A DNA stretch of 64,000 bases from the NCBI GenBank assembly GCA_030650415.1, contig JAUSEG010000025.1, positions 11,916-75,915 of the forward strand, written 5' to 3'. A program made the translations under genes and the position numbers. The notes under the pieces were generated by a model. It did not search any database. It was not told the DNA's origin and saw nothing but the letters and a program-made list of their open reading frames with translations. This DNA is from a bacterium (GTDB lineage Bacteria; Patescibacteriota; Patescibacteriia; Patescibacteriales; GWC2-42-12). This document shows positions 26,500-36,030 of the stretch, piece after piece (the first letter of the stretch is position 1; each line of letters starts with the position of its first letter).

Positions 26500-26599
26500 C
26501 CCCCTGAAATCCAAAAAAGTTGACTAAAGCAATTTTTTACACTATAATTTTTTTAGTCCGTCTAAGGACTTTTTTAATTAAAAACTGGCCATTTAATCT

Positions 26600-26674
26600 G
26601 GCCCCATCGTCTAATGGTTAGGACACCAGCTTTTCAAGCTGAGAATCGGGGTTCGATTCCCCGTGGGGCTACCA
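26600..26674 (+). tRNA. tRNA-Glu (anticodon UUC), CCA encoded
   Basis: Cloverleaf by hand: acceptor GGCCCCA/TGGGGCT, D-arm GTCT..GGAC, anticodon loop TTTTCAA, T-arm CGGGG-TTCGATT-CCCCG. Promoter TTGACT-17-TATAAT lies at 26520-26548. Confidence 0.85.
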
Positions 26675-26848
26675 AACTTTACTCATCTGCTTTAATATAT
26701 AATTATTATGCTAATAAGAAAAAACACTAAAACTTGGTCGAGTTTTAAAAAAAGTCTTAGGTAATTTTAATTGCCTAGGGTCGTTTTTACATTAAAACTC
26801 GCCCTTAGGGGCATTTTTTATTTAATTAACTATTAAAGCCATATATTT

Positions 26849-27571
26849 ATGTATTCAGAAAAAATAAACCCCGTTAGAAAAATGTCATTTACACCATTAG
26901 AAAAAATTTCTAATAAATTTTCTAACGGGGTAAATTTTAAAATAATTATCGCCCTGACTCTCTATCTGGTTTCGCTCTTCGCCTCTAACACTCTCGGCCT
27001 TAAACTCATGCCCTTTTTCTTCGGCACTCATCTATCGGTCGCGGTTTTTTTCTTTCCCTTTGTTTTTTTGACCACCGACGTCATCGGGCAGGTCTATGGC
27101 AAACCAATGGCTAAAAATTTTGTTTGGGCCGGTTTTTTGTCCATTCTGATATTTTTAATCTACTCGGTTATTTCCATAATGGCGCCTTGGTCTGGAGATA
27201 ATTTTATGCCTAAAGAATGGTTTGACACGATTTTCGGCGTTTCTTTCCGCATGTCTATAGCTTCGCTCCTCGCCTACATTATCGGCGAATACCAGGATAT
27301 TCTATCGTTTTTCTTTTTCAAAAACAAAATGAACGTAAAAGCTTTCTGGTTAAGATCTAATTTATCAAATCTCTGGTCGCAATTAATCGATACCCTGATT
27401 TTCATGTTTGTAGCTTTCCTGGGAATTTATTCGGTCAAAACCATTCTCTTAATCAGCCTGCCCTGGTGGCTTTATAAAGTCGGCATGGGCCTAATCTATA
27501 CCCCGCTTTCTTATTTAGGAATATATTTACTGCAACATGAAAATTCAAGCGATAAAAACCAGAATATTTAA
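26849..27571 (+). CDS. yhhQ: Queuosine-precursor transporter (YhhQ/DUF165 family)
   Basis: Multi-TM protein. FFFPFVFLTTDVIGQVYGK and the overall pattern resemble E. coli YhhQ. The start is uncertain (26849 or 26882), and the first ~30 codons overlap a palindromic element. Confidence 0.7.
   Translation: MYSEKINPVRKMSFTPLEKISNKFSNGVNFKIIIALTLYLVSLFASNTLGLKLMPFFFGTHLSVAVFFFPFVFLTTDVIGQVYGKPMAKNFVWAGFLSILIFLIYSVISIMAPWSGDNFMPKEWFDTIFGVSFRMSIASLLAYIIGEYQDILSFFFFKNKMNVKAFWLRSNLSNLWSQLIDTLIFMFVAFLGIYSVKTILLISLPWWLYKVGMGLIYTPLSYLGIYLLQHENSSDKNQNI
26866..26934 (+). repeat. Family D palindromic element (variant) over the yhhQ 5' end
   Basis: AAACCCCGTTAGAAAAA ... TTTTCTAACGGGGTAAA. The ATG at 26882 lies in the loop. 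Confidence 0.75.
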
Positions 27572-28244
27572 ACCCGCTGAAAAACTTTTGCCGTTTATAG
27601 AAAGCTATGTTTCGGCCATCCAAGAAAAAACTATTTTAGTCGTCACTTCGAAAATCGTGGCGCTGTCCGAGGGCCGGATAGTAAAAAAGTTTAATGAAAA
27701 AACCAAGCTTGCAATCATTAAGCGCGAAAGCGACTTTATTCTGCCAACTAAATTCGTTTACTTAACGATTAAGGACGGCGTAATCATGGCTAACGCCGGA
27801 ATCGATGAATCGAACGCCAACGGCCAAATTATCTTACTGCCGAAAGACAGCTTTAAAGCGGCGAACGAAATCAGAAATTACTTCAGAAAAAAATACCAGC
27901 TGAAAAATTTCGGCGTTTTATTAACCGATAGCCGCTGTTTGCCTCTGCGCGCCGGCATAGTCGGCGTGGCTTTAGGCTATGCCGGCTTCAAAGGCTTAAA
28001 AGACTATCGCCGACGCCGGGATATTTTTAATCGGCCATTTAAATATTCTCGAGTTGATGTGGCTGATTCGCTGGCCACGGCCGCGGTGCTTTGCATGGGC
28101 GAGGGCGATGAAAAACAGCCTCTTGCGGTTATCACCGACGCGCCGGTTCAATATACTAACAGAACAAATAAGCACGAACTGAAAATAGATATTAGGGAAG
28201 ATCTGTATGGACCGATGTTTAAAGCTATAGGAAAGAAAAAATAG
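27537..28244 (+). CDS. CofE-like (F420-0:gamma-glutamyl ligase family) protein
   Basis: ANAGIDESNA, LLTDSR and AAVLCMGEGDE motifs are typical of PF01996-type proteins. The ORF overlaps the yhhQ 3' end by 35 nt. Confidence 0.6.
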   Translation: MKIQAIKTRIFKPAEKLLPFIESYVSAIQEKTILVVTSKIVALSEGRIVKKFNEKTKLAIIKRESDFILPTKFVYLTIKDGVIMANAGIDESNANGQIILLPKDSFKAANEIRNYFRKKYQLKNFGVLLTDSRCLPLRAGIVGVALGYAGFKGLKDYRRRRDIFNRPFKYSRVDVADSLATAAVLCMGEGDEKQPLAVITDAPVQYTNRTNKHELKIDIREDLYGPMFKAIGKKK

Positions 28245-28503
28245 GCAGGAATTTTGGTTTAGCCATATTAAATATTTTATCCAAGAAAAAACGCGCATGG
28301 CCTGAGAGCTGTGCGCGTTATTTGTAGGTTTTATTTGGGACCAACGAACCCTTGGATTGAAAAAACAAAGATGAGAGAGCGGCACGAGGCTTGTTAGCAA
28401 CTAACTCGCGCCGCCCCACGATTTCCTTCAAACGAAGGTTCGTAATCTCCATTGCCTTTCGGCGTGCCGAATTTCCGAAACCCGGCGAAAGTGATTTTCC
28501 GCT

Positions 28504-29049
28504 TTATGGAAGCGGTAGAATGGTGGTCCCCTCCAGCCCGTTCTCCAATTGCTCCTCGGTCGGATACCAGTAGGCTGCATCTACTGGGACACCGACCAGC
28601 GACCGACGGACCATGATGCCTCTTGCACCGGCGATTGACCTCGCCCTCTCATACTCCTTGGTCATGAGGTTGCCGGTGACCATCACCAGTAACCTATTCC
28701 TTAGTGCTTCTGACAGCACTCTTTTTTCCAGAAGCTCCCAATTATCGATGACCACGACCGATATTCCGGCTCCGAGTATGACCTCGTGGCCAACACCCTC
28801 AAACTGTTTAGTTATCCACGAACCTGTAAACACAGGCTGGCTTACACCAATTTTTTGCCCCCAGGATCCCTCAGTACGGAAGTTCTCTAGGAGAACACTC
28901 CATCCCCCAGAAAAACCTCCGAAGTTGGAATAATAGGAACGCATATCTTCTGTTGTGTTGAATTTCATAGCAATGGAGTTTTTTGTTCTGTTTTCGGTTT
29001 TATTTAAAGACCAAACGGTAGTAACATACCGCGTTGCCAGTTCTGCCAT
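28504..29049 (-). CDS. Hypothetical protein (GC-rich island)
   Basis: 181-aa ORF. Promoter TTGACA-17-TATCAT lies on the minus strand at ~29185-29213, giving a ~135-nt leader. I recognise no domain. Confidence 0.55.
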   Translation of the reverse strand: MAELATRYVTTVWSLNKTENRTKNSIAMKFNTTEDMRSYYSNFGGFSGGWSVLLENFRTEGSWGQKIGVSQPVFTGSWITKQFEGVGHEVILGAGISVVVIDNWELLEKRVLSEALRNRLLVMVTGNLMTKEYERARSIAGARGIMVRRSLVGVPVDAAYWYPTEEQLENGLEGTTILPLP

Positions 29050-29302
29050 GCGCAGTTACTGACAGCTTACTTTTCCCACCAAGTAAAGGCGGACATTTAG
29101 GCGCATAAATTATCCGCCCGAATATCTGCCTTCACTTAATGGCTAATTTTTTAAAGTCCAATCTTCAAAAGTATTATTAAATGATAGCATACTTTCTTAA
29201 TATTGTCAAGTAAAAAACACTAAAATTTACTAATATTAGCTAATTTATATAAAAGTCGATACAACAAAAAAACAGGACCTTTAAATTCCTGTTTTTCTGC
29301 TC

Positions 29303-29497
29303 TTATTTTTTCTCTTCTCCGCTCTTCTCAGAATGCCAGCCGCAGCAGCTATCCCCGCTTTTCTTTTTCATCATGTAAAGACCAGCCAAAATTAAAATTA
29401 CCGGCCAGATAATCGACCAATTTAATACCGGGATCAAATTCAAATTTTCCAAAAGGAAAATCGTTCCTAAGATAATCAATAGCCATGGCATCATCAT
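29303..29497 (-). CDS. Small two-TM membrane protein (LiaF-TM/DUF5668-like)
   Basis: 64 aa with two hydrophobic helices and a Cys-containing charged tail. Confidence 0.5.
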   Translation of the reverse strand: MMMPWLLIILGTIFLLENLNLIPVLNWSIIWPVILILAGLYMMKKKSGDSCCGWHSEKSGEEKK

Positions 29498-29555
29498 AAA
29501 TTTTATGTTTAATAATTAATATTACTTTTTTCAATTGCCAGGACTATCAATTTTT

Positions 29556-29679
29556 TGTCATGCTGGAGCGAAACGAAGTGAAGCGATAGCATCTCACTGT
29601 TCACGAGTCTTTCACGAGATTCTATCGGTCGCTCCGCTCCCTCCAGAATGACAGCAAAAACGGCCGCTCGCAATGACAT
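29556..29679. repeat. Family C palindromic element followed by an orphan family-A right arm
   Basis: TGTCATGCTGGAGCG..GCGATAGCATCTC // GAGATTCTATCGGTCGC..CTCCAGAATGACA, followed by CGCTCGCAATGACA at 29666-29679. Confidence 0.8.
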
Positions 29680-29686
29680 ATAGAAA

Positions 29687-30760
29687 TTATTCTCCCAATT
29701 CCTTCTTAAACCAATCCACCCAGGGAATTTTTACCGGATTAACATTATTCAGCATGGCCAAATAATAGGTTACCCAAGAGCCGAACTGCAGCATCTCAAA
29801 AGCCTGCTCCAGCTTAGTGGCGCCGGATAGCTTATGCTCAATATACTTTATGCCATTTTTCTTAACTATCTTCTTGGTTAAGTGCGCCCTCTTTATTACC
29901 CGAGGATGATAGAACGGCGAATCAATAAAGAAAAAAGCTAAATTGTCATTGTTGCTCTTCGGATTAGCCAGACTTTCCAGGGCAAAATGATTCATATCAG
30001 GCAATTCCAAAAAACAGGCGAAATTCTTACTGGTTTCGTTAAATTGATTTCTTATTATTTTTAAATTACCAACTAAAAACTCCGCACCCACGATTACCGG
30101 TATTTTGTTGGATAATTCAATAGCCGCCTGCTTAGCCAAATTAGTTTTAATCGGCTCGCTTATTTTTAATTTAACATTAGAAGATTCTAAACTATCAATA
30201 ATTTTTTCTATCTCTTTAATTTCAATTTCCAGTAATCCGGCTCGAGAGAGTAGCCTGGCTACGCCAAGAACCGAATAACCTAAACCCATCCTGGGCTGGC
30301 CGCTAGGATTTTTGTCCGTCTTAAAAGTTAGCCCCGGAATCTTGTCTTTTTTCATGAGTCGCGACAGCCGGCTATCGCCCTGTTCGCAGATGGCAATAAT
30401 TTTAGCGCCGCGTTTTTTCATCTCCGGATAAACGCTCAAAACTTCTTCGGTGTTACCCGAATAAGAAGAAAACAAATACAAGGTATTCTTATCGACAGAA
30501 GCCGGAACTTCGTAGCCAGGAGTAATAGTAATCGGCGCTTTTATTCTGTCATTCAAGGCCGCACTGATCATACTGACGCCAATATTCGATCCGCCCATAC
30601 CGTTTACCACTACCTGCGTTACCCGGTCATATGCTGGCGGCAGCTTAATTAAATCGGCCTGTTCTAAAAGCTCTTTCATCTGTAAAGTTAAAGATTCAAT
30701 CGACTCGGCGACCCGGCCTAAATCTAATTTTTTATATAACTTTTGATCGTCTAAATTCAT
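29687..30760 (-). CDS. SIS-domain bifunctional phosphoglucose/phosphomannose isomerase
   Basis: 357 aa. A SIS pattern (VVNGMGGSNIG ... LFSSYSGNTEE) with a C-terminal PGI/PMI-type domain. Confidence 0.65.
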   Translation of the reverse strand: MNLDDQKLYKKLDLGRVAESIESLTLQMKELLEQADLIKLPPAYDRVTQVVVNGMGGSNIGVSMISAALNDRIKAPITITPGYEVPASVDKNTLYLFSSYSGNTEEVLSVYPEMKKRGAKIIAICEQGDSRLSRLMKKDKIPGLTFKTDKNPSGQPRMGLGYSVLGVARLLSRAGLLEIEIKEIEKIIDSLESSNVKLKISEPIKTNLAKQAAIELSNKIPVIVGAEFLVGNLKIIRNQFNETSKNFACFLELPDMNHFALESLANPKSNNDNLAFFFIDSPFYHPRVIKRAHLTKKIVKKNGIKYIEHKLSGATKLEQAFEMLQFGSWVTYYLAMLNNVNPVKIPWVDWFKKELGE

Positions 30761-30952
30761 AAAATAATTTAAAATTTATGTTAATTTTATTATATCATAT
30801 TTTCAATTAAAACTGTAATTATAAAGCAACGCTAGCGGCTTGATTTTTGCCTGCGCCTATGTTAAATTTAGGCCATCAGCCTAAAGCTGATTTTAATTAA
30901 TAGTATGGTTTTTTATTCATAGTTGTTAATTGTTAATTTTTAACTTAACCAT

Positions 30953-31678
30953 ATGTCAGGACATTCCAAGTGGGCAACAACTAAGAGGTCAAAAGCCATC
31001 GTTGACGCTAAAAAAGGCGCGATTTTTACCAAATACGGAAGATTAATCACCATTGCAGCTAAAAAAGGCAGCGACCCAACCACTAATTTTAGTTTGCGCA
31101 TGGCTATGGAAAAAGCCCGAGAGGCCAACATGCCTAAAGAAAATATCGAGCGCGCCATCAAGCGCGGCACAGGCGAACTGGCCGGCGCGCAGATTGAAGA
31201 ATTAACCTACGAAGGCATCGGCCCGGCCAAATCGCAATTTATAATTAAATGCTTAACCGACAATAAAAACCGCACGGCCGCGGAAATCAGGCATCTCTTA
31301 GCCGATGCCGGGGGCTCGCTGGGCGCGGTATTATGGAACTTTGAATTAAAAGGCGTAATTTTAATAACCGCCGAAGAGTTAAACGGCAAAAATTTAATGA
31401 ATAATGACGATTTTGAACTGAAATTGATTGACGCTGGCACGGAAAATTTCATTAAAGAAAGCGAAGGCGCCACGATTTATACCAAGACCGAAGATCTGCA
31501 AAAAGTTAAGCAATTTTTAGACGGAGAAAACATCAAAACCGAATCGGCGGAAATCGAATATGTGGCGAAAGACCATGGCCAGCTGTCGGACGAAGAAAAA
31601 GAAAAAGTTCAAAAATTCATCGAAACCCTGGAGAATAACGAGGATATTACAAACTATTATACCAACGTGATTGTATAA
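30953..31678 (+). CDS. yebC: YebC/PmpR family DNA-binding regulator
   Basis: MSGHSKWATTKRSKA start and family-typical length. Confidence 0.9.
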   Translation: MSGHSKWATTKRSKAIVDAKKGAIFTKYGRLITIAAKKGSDPTTNFSLRMAMEKAREANMPKENIERAIKRGTGELAGAQIEELTYEGIGPAKSQFIIKCLTDNKNRTAAEIRHLLADAGGSLGAVLWNFELKGVILITAEELNGKNLMNNDDFELKLIDAGTENFIKESEGATIYTKTEDLQKVKQFLDGENIKTESAEIEYVAKDHGQLSDEEKEKVQKFIETLENNEDITNYYTNVIV

Positions 31679-31704
31679 AAAAACGCGAAATAGAATAACT
31701 ACCG

Positions 31705-32205
31705 ATGAAACAAAAAATCTCCAATCTCATACTTGGCATCGACCCCGGAATCGCCGACACCGGTTTCGGTGTAATTAAAAATGAAAACAACAAATTAACC
31801 TGCCTCGACTACGGCTCGATAAAAACTTCGGCCAAACTTAATCTATCGGACAGATTGGAAATAATAAACTTAGAGCTCAATAAATTAATTAAAAAATATC
31901 AGCCGAATCTTATCTCGATTGAAGAATTATTTTTTTGCAAGAATGTAAAAACCGCTCTAATCGTCGGCCAGGCCAGGGGCGTAATTATTTTAACCGCTAA
32001 ACAAAACAAAGTCCCAATCGTCGAATTTACTCCATTGCAAGTAAAGCAGGCGGTTTCAACCTACGGCCAAGCCGATAAACAACAAGTGCAAAGAATGGTA
32101 AAAATCATTTTAAACCTTAAGAAATTGCCGAAACCCGATGACGCGGCCGATGCTTTAGCCATCGCGATTTGCGCTGTCAATAGTCTAACAATTCGTAACT
32201 TATAA
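31705..32205 (+). CDS. ruvC: Holliday junction resolvase RuvC
   Basis: ILGIDPGIADTGFGVI, and DDAADALAIAIC near the C-terminus. Confidence 0.9.
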   Translation: MKQKISNLILGIDPGIADTGFGVIKNENNKLTCLDYGSIKTSAKLNLSDRLEIINLELNKLIKKYQPNLISIEELFFCKNVKTALIVGQARGVIILTAKQNKVPIVEFTPLQVKQAVSTYGQADKQQVQRMVKIILNLKKLPKPDDAADALAIAICAVNSLTIRNL

Positions 32206-32272
32206 CTCGCAACTCACAGCTTGCTACTCAAAAAATTCAGTATTTTGAGCTACGAGCTACGAAATTTATCCT

Positions 32273-33745
32273 ATGATTAAAAAATTAAAAATTGTTTCCA
32301 TCGCCGCCGAAGTCGCGCCCTTTTCTAAAACCGGCGGACTGGCTGACGTGGCCAGAAATCTACCCCGAGCCCTAAAAAGACTGGGCCACGAAGTAATGGT
32401 TATTACTCCGTTCTACGGGCAAATCATTGACGCAAAAAAATATGATTTAAAATTAGTTTACGAAAATATTGAAATTTATTTGAATTCCGTTGATAAGGTG
32501 CAAGTTAATTTCTGGCGAGGCTATTTAATGAAAAACTTGCCGATTTATTTTATTGAACATAAAAAATATTTTTCCTCTAAAAAAAATCTCTACGGCTCAA
32601 CCCAGGAGAACGCGCGCTTTTTAGTTTTTAATATAGCCGCTTTAAAACTAATATCTCTTCTAAAATATGAAGCCGACATCGTTCATTGCCATGACTGGCA
32701 CGCCGGCTTGATCCCTTACTTTCTAAAAACCGACTTTAAATACTCGGAAACATTGCGCAAGGCAAAAACCGTATTTACCATCCATAATTTGGCTTTTCAG
32801 CTCGGTCATAACTGGTGGGAAGTACCGGCCGAAAAAAAAGATTATGGCAAAAATAAAATTCCCCACCTAACCGATCCGGACATCGAAAATATCAATTTTG
32901 CCAAACGAGCCATTCTATCGGCTGATATTATCAATACGGTCAGCGAGCAATACCGCGAAGAAATTATGACCACAAAATTCGGGCAAGATCTGCAGCAGAT
33001 CCTGCGCAACCGCGAAAACCGACTATACGGCATAGTTAACGGCATTGATGAAAAAGAATTTAATCCGGTAAACGACCCGGGGCTTATAAAAAATTACGAT
33101 TATAAAAAGATCCACCATAAAAAACTGAACAAAAGCTACTTGCAGAAAAAATTCGGTTTGGCGGTAAATACGGAAACGCCCTTAATTTGCACCACCTCGC
33201 GGGTAACCTTTCAAAAAGGCTTTGAGCTAATACTTAAAATAATTGACCGGCTGATGCGGCTGGATATGCAATTAATTATTATCGGAGCCGGAGATAAAAC
33301 CTATCTTAACGAACTGGCTAAGCGCGCCAAAAAAAACCCACAGAAATTAGCGGTTATCGCTTCGCATGAAGAAAATCAAAAATATGAAACCTTAATTTAC
33401 GCCGGCTCGGACTTTATTCTTCTGCCGTCGCATCATGAGCCCTGCGGCATTAATCAGCTGATCGCCATGCGCTATGGCTGTATTCCAATCGTACGCCATG
33501 TCGGCGGCCTGGTGGATACGGTGGTAAATTACAATCCAAAAACCAGCCGAGGCAATGGCTTTAGTTTTTCTTCTTTTGATCCCGACTCTTTATATGGCGT
33601 CATAGTAAGAGCTTTAGAAAGTTTCGGGCAAGAAACTAATTGGCACAAGTTAACGGCCAGGGTGATGAGAGAGTCAAATAGCTGGAAAATACCGGCGAAA
33701 AAATATGTTTCTTTGTACAAAAAAGCCTTAAAAAACCATAAATAG
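32273..33745 (+). CDS. glgA: Glycogen/starch synthase (GT5) copy 1
   Basis: AAEVAPFSKTGGLADV, HDWH, and the C-terminal EPCGINQLIAMRYG motif. Confidence 0.88.
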   Translation: MIKKLKIVSIAAEVAPFSKTGGLADVARNLPRALKRLGHEVMVITPFYGQIIDAKKYDLKLVYENIEIYLNSVDKVQVNFWRGYLMKNLPIYFIEHKKYFSSKKNLYGSTQENARFLVFNIAALKLISLLKYEADIVHCHDWHAGLIPYFLKTDFKYSETLRKAKTVFTIHNLAFQLGHNWWEVPAEKKDYGKNKIPHLTDPDIENINFAKRAILSADIINTVSEQYREEIMTTKFGQDLQQILRNRENRLYGIVNGIDEKEFNPVNDPGLIKNYDYKKIHHKKLNKSYLQKKFGLAVNTETPLICTTSRVTFQKGFELILKIIDRLMRLDMQLIIIGAGDKTYLNELAKRAKKNPQKLAVIASHEENQKYETLIYAGSDFILLPSHHEPCGINQLIAMRYGCIPIVRHVGGLVDTVVNYNPKTSRGNGFSFSSFDPDSLYGVIVRALESFGQETNWHKLTARVMRESNSWKIPAKKYVSLYKKALKNHK

Positions 33746-33756
33746 TTTATTATAAT

Positions 33757-34926
33757 ATGTCAAAAATAACCTGGGTCAATTTGCTTCATTTTTATCAGCC
33801 ACCTTCGGCCGAAAACGAAACGGTGATTGAAGCAACGGAAAAAAGCTACAAAAAAATTGTTAATACTCTAAAAGCCAACCCCAATATTAAATTCACCCTG
33901 AATTTAGCCGGTTGTCTTTTAGAAAAATTGGACAAGCTGGGATTTAACGATTTAATCGCCGACTTCAAAATACTTAGAGACAGGGGGCAAATTGAGGTTA
34001 CCGGCACGGCGGCTTTTCATCCTATACTGCCGCTCTTGCCCGAAGCGGAAATCAGAGAAAATATTAAAGCCAATGAAATCATCTTAAAAAAATATTTTGG
34101 CGATAATTTAGAGACCCAAGGATTCTTTCTACCCGAGCTCGCCTATAGCTCCGAAACTGCCAAAGTTATCGCTTCTTTGGGATACAAATGGATAATCCTC
34201 GACGAAATTTCAGCTTTTGGAAATTTAAACAAACTGAATTTTAATAAACTATACATAGAAAAACCTACCGGACTTAAAATATTCTTTCGTTCCAGAGAGC
34301 TCTCAAAAAGTTACGTTCCCGAAACTATTATTAATTTAATAAACCGAGGCTTCGGCGGTCTGGCCCTAACCGCTACCGACGCCGAACTTTACGGCTTAAG
34401 ACATATTGATTTTACGGCCACTTTCGAAAAATTGCTTAAACGCCCGGAAATAAGAACTTTAACCGTCAGTGAATTTTTATCGAGCTTAAAAGAAAAAATC
34501 GAGATTGAACCGCTGGCCTCTTCCTGGGAATCCACGGCTGCAGAACTAAAGCGCGGCACACCTTTTATCCTTTGGCATAACGATAAAAATAAAATTCAAA
34601 AACTGCTTTGGCAATTAGCTAATTTAGCCATAACGACAATCAGTCAAAACAAAACTGATGAAAATTATTACTGGTCAAGAAACCATCTAAACCGAGGTTT
34701 GGCCAGTTGCACCTTCTGGTGGGCCTCGGCGCGTGATTTTAAATTATTCAGTTCTATTTCCTGGAATCCTGACGAGATTGAACGAGGCGCCAATGAATTA
34801 ATCAAGAGCATCCGCTCCTTGGCTGAACCAGGCACTAAGGAGGCAAAAATCGCCGGTGAAAAAATTTACCTGAAAATAAAACAACTGGTCTGGCATAAAC
34901 ATTGGAATCATTATTGGAAAAAATAA
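33757..34926 (+). CDS. Glycoside hydrolase family 57-like protein
   Basis: N-terminal LLHFYQPP, plus TGTAAFHPILPLL. This assignment rests on motif memory only. Confidence 0.6.
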   Translation: MSKITWVNLLHFYQPPSAENETVIEATEKSYKKIVNTLKANPNIKFTLNLAGCLLEKLDKLGFNDLIADFKILRDRGQIEVTGTAAFHPILPLLPEAEIRENIKANEIILKKYFGDNLETQGFFLPELAYSSETAKVIASLGYKWIILDEISAFGNLNKLNFNKLYIEKPTGLKIFFRSRELSKSYVPETIINLINRGFGGLALTATDAELYGLRHIDFTATFEKLLKRPEIRTLTVSEFLSSLKEKIEIEPLASSWESTAAELKRGTPFILWHNDKNKIQKLLWQLANLAITTISQNKTDENYYWSRNHLNRGLASCTFWWASARDFKLFSSISWNPDEIERGANELIKSIRSLAEPGTKEAKIAGEKIYLKIKQLVWHKHWNHYWKK

Positions 34927-34946
34927 AACGATACAGAACAACCACT

Positions 34947-36008
34947 ATGAATAAAATACTAAATCTGTTTGACAGTACTTACGTCAGGGATTTATTCAAC
35001 CGGCAAATCCTGCCGCTATATCCTGACTTTAAAGCAATAAAAGAAATTAAAATCCTACCGGTGAAAAAAAATGTCTGGGAGACTACCTACCATGTGGTTA
35101 TTGAATTTGCAACAACTTTTCTAAATCACGGCGGCGAAGCGGTCGAACTGCCAATTTATTGCACGGCCCATTCGAGCGAACCCAGAAAAAATTCTTTCGA
35201 GGCTTTGCAATTCTTATGGCAAATTGGTTTTGATCAAGGCGATTTAGTCATCCCGCATCCCTTGTTTTTCTCCGATTATTTCAACGGCTATTTTTACCGA
35301 GGCGTTAAAGGGCAGACTCTTTATTATTACTTAGGCAAAAAAAACTATGAGGTGATTGAAGACGTGGTGGCGAAAACCGGCGCTTGGTTTGCCAAACTTC
35401 ATAGCACGCCGACTTCGGGAGTTAAAAATTTTAACCCGGAAAACAGCCGAATCGAAACCGTTATCCCGGGGTTAAAGAATGTCTTGGAAAAAATTAATCG
35501 GGTATATCCAAGCTATTATGAACCATGCAAAAAAATTTATGAAATAATCGACCAAAAAGAAAAAACTTATTTTGCCAATAACGAAAAAAGGTACTTAATC
35601 CACGGCGACGCCCATGCAAAAAATATTATAAAAATGAGCGAGGATAAAATCGCGGTTATAGATTTTACCGATATGTGCTTGGCCGACTATACTCGAGATC
35701 TTGGTTCATTTCTCCAACAGCTTAATTTTATGGGCTCAGAAAAAATCAATAGTCCTTCTTTCGTAGAAAAAATTAAAACCATATTTTTTGATAGCTATTT
35801 GCTTCACTCAAAGATTAAAATTGATGACTACGCAAAAGCCAGAATCGATAATTACTATAACTGGACGGCCTTGCGCACCGCCACCTTTTTTATGCTGAGA
35901 GATCAGCCGGAGCCGGAAAGAGCCCGTGAGCCGCTCATCGAAGTTTGTAAAAATCTCAAAATACTTGTCCCCCGAGACTTCGGCGAAGGGGGAAAAACCA
36001 ATTTTTAA
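34947..36008 (+). CDS. Aminoglycoside-phosphotransferase-fold kinase (possibly a sugar/maltose kinase)
   Basis: Catalytic loop IHGDAHAKNII followed by DFTD. I prefer the ATG at 34947 because the track start overlaps the GH57 gene. Confidence 0.6.
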   Translation: MNKILNLFDSTYVRDLFNRQILPLYPDFKAIKEIKILPVKKNVWETTYHVVIEFATTFLNHGGEAVELPIYCTAHSSEPRKNSFEALQFLWQIGFDQGDLVIPHPLFFSDYFNGYFYRGVKGQTLYYYLGKKNYEVIEDVVAKTGAWFAKLHSTPTSGVKNFNPENSRIETVIPGLKNVLEKINRVYPSYYEPCKKIYEIIDQKEKTYFANNEKRYLIHGDAHAKNIIKMSEDKIAVIDFTDMCLADYTRDLGSFLQQLNFMGSEKINSPSFVEKIKTIFFDSYLLHSKIKIDDYAKARIDNYYNWTALRTATFFMLRDQPEPERAREPLIEVCKNLKILVPRDFGEGGKTNF

Positions 36009-36030
36009 CTTACTTAGTTTGATTAACTCT

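Noticed and set aside
26700-26848. A preQ1 riboswitch upstream of the yhhQ-like transporter
   Set aside because: I looked for the compact preQ1-I hairpin with an A-rich tail (..AAAAAACUA..) and for class II-like features. The region has only a long generic hairpin and a weak terminator-like stem. There is no convincing match by eye, and an Infernal scan would be needed to be sure.
3766-28506. Stop-codon reassignment (TAA read as sense), prompted by two in-frame TAA codons followed by long open frames
   Set aside because: TAA cleanly terminates conserved genes at their expected ends (nusA at 23-25, recA at 50338-50340, among others). TAG and TGA also end conserved genes (glgA-1, smc). Standard code 11 fits the window.
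29349-29534. 61-aa ORF overlapping the small membrane-protein gene in another frame
   Set aside because: The 64-aa ORF at 29303..29497 has two clear TM helices. The overlapping frame has no distinctive features.
35926-36030. An upstream extension of the PHP-domain ORF that overlaps the kinase gene by 83 nt
   Set aside because: The conserved PHP N-terminus (MRIDLQLHSTYSDG) starts at the ATG at 36031. The 35 extra codons lie in the kinase 3' end and look non-coding in that frame.
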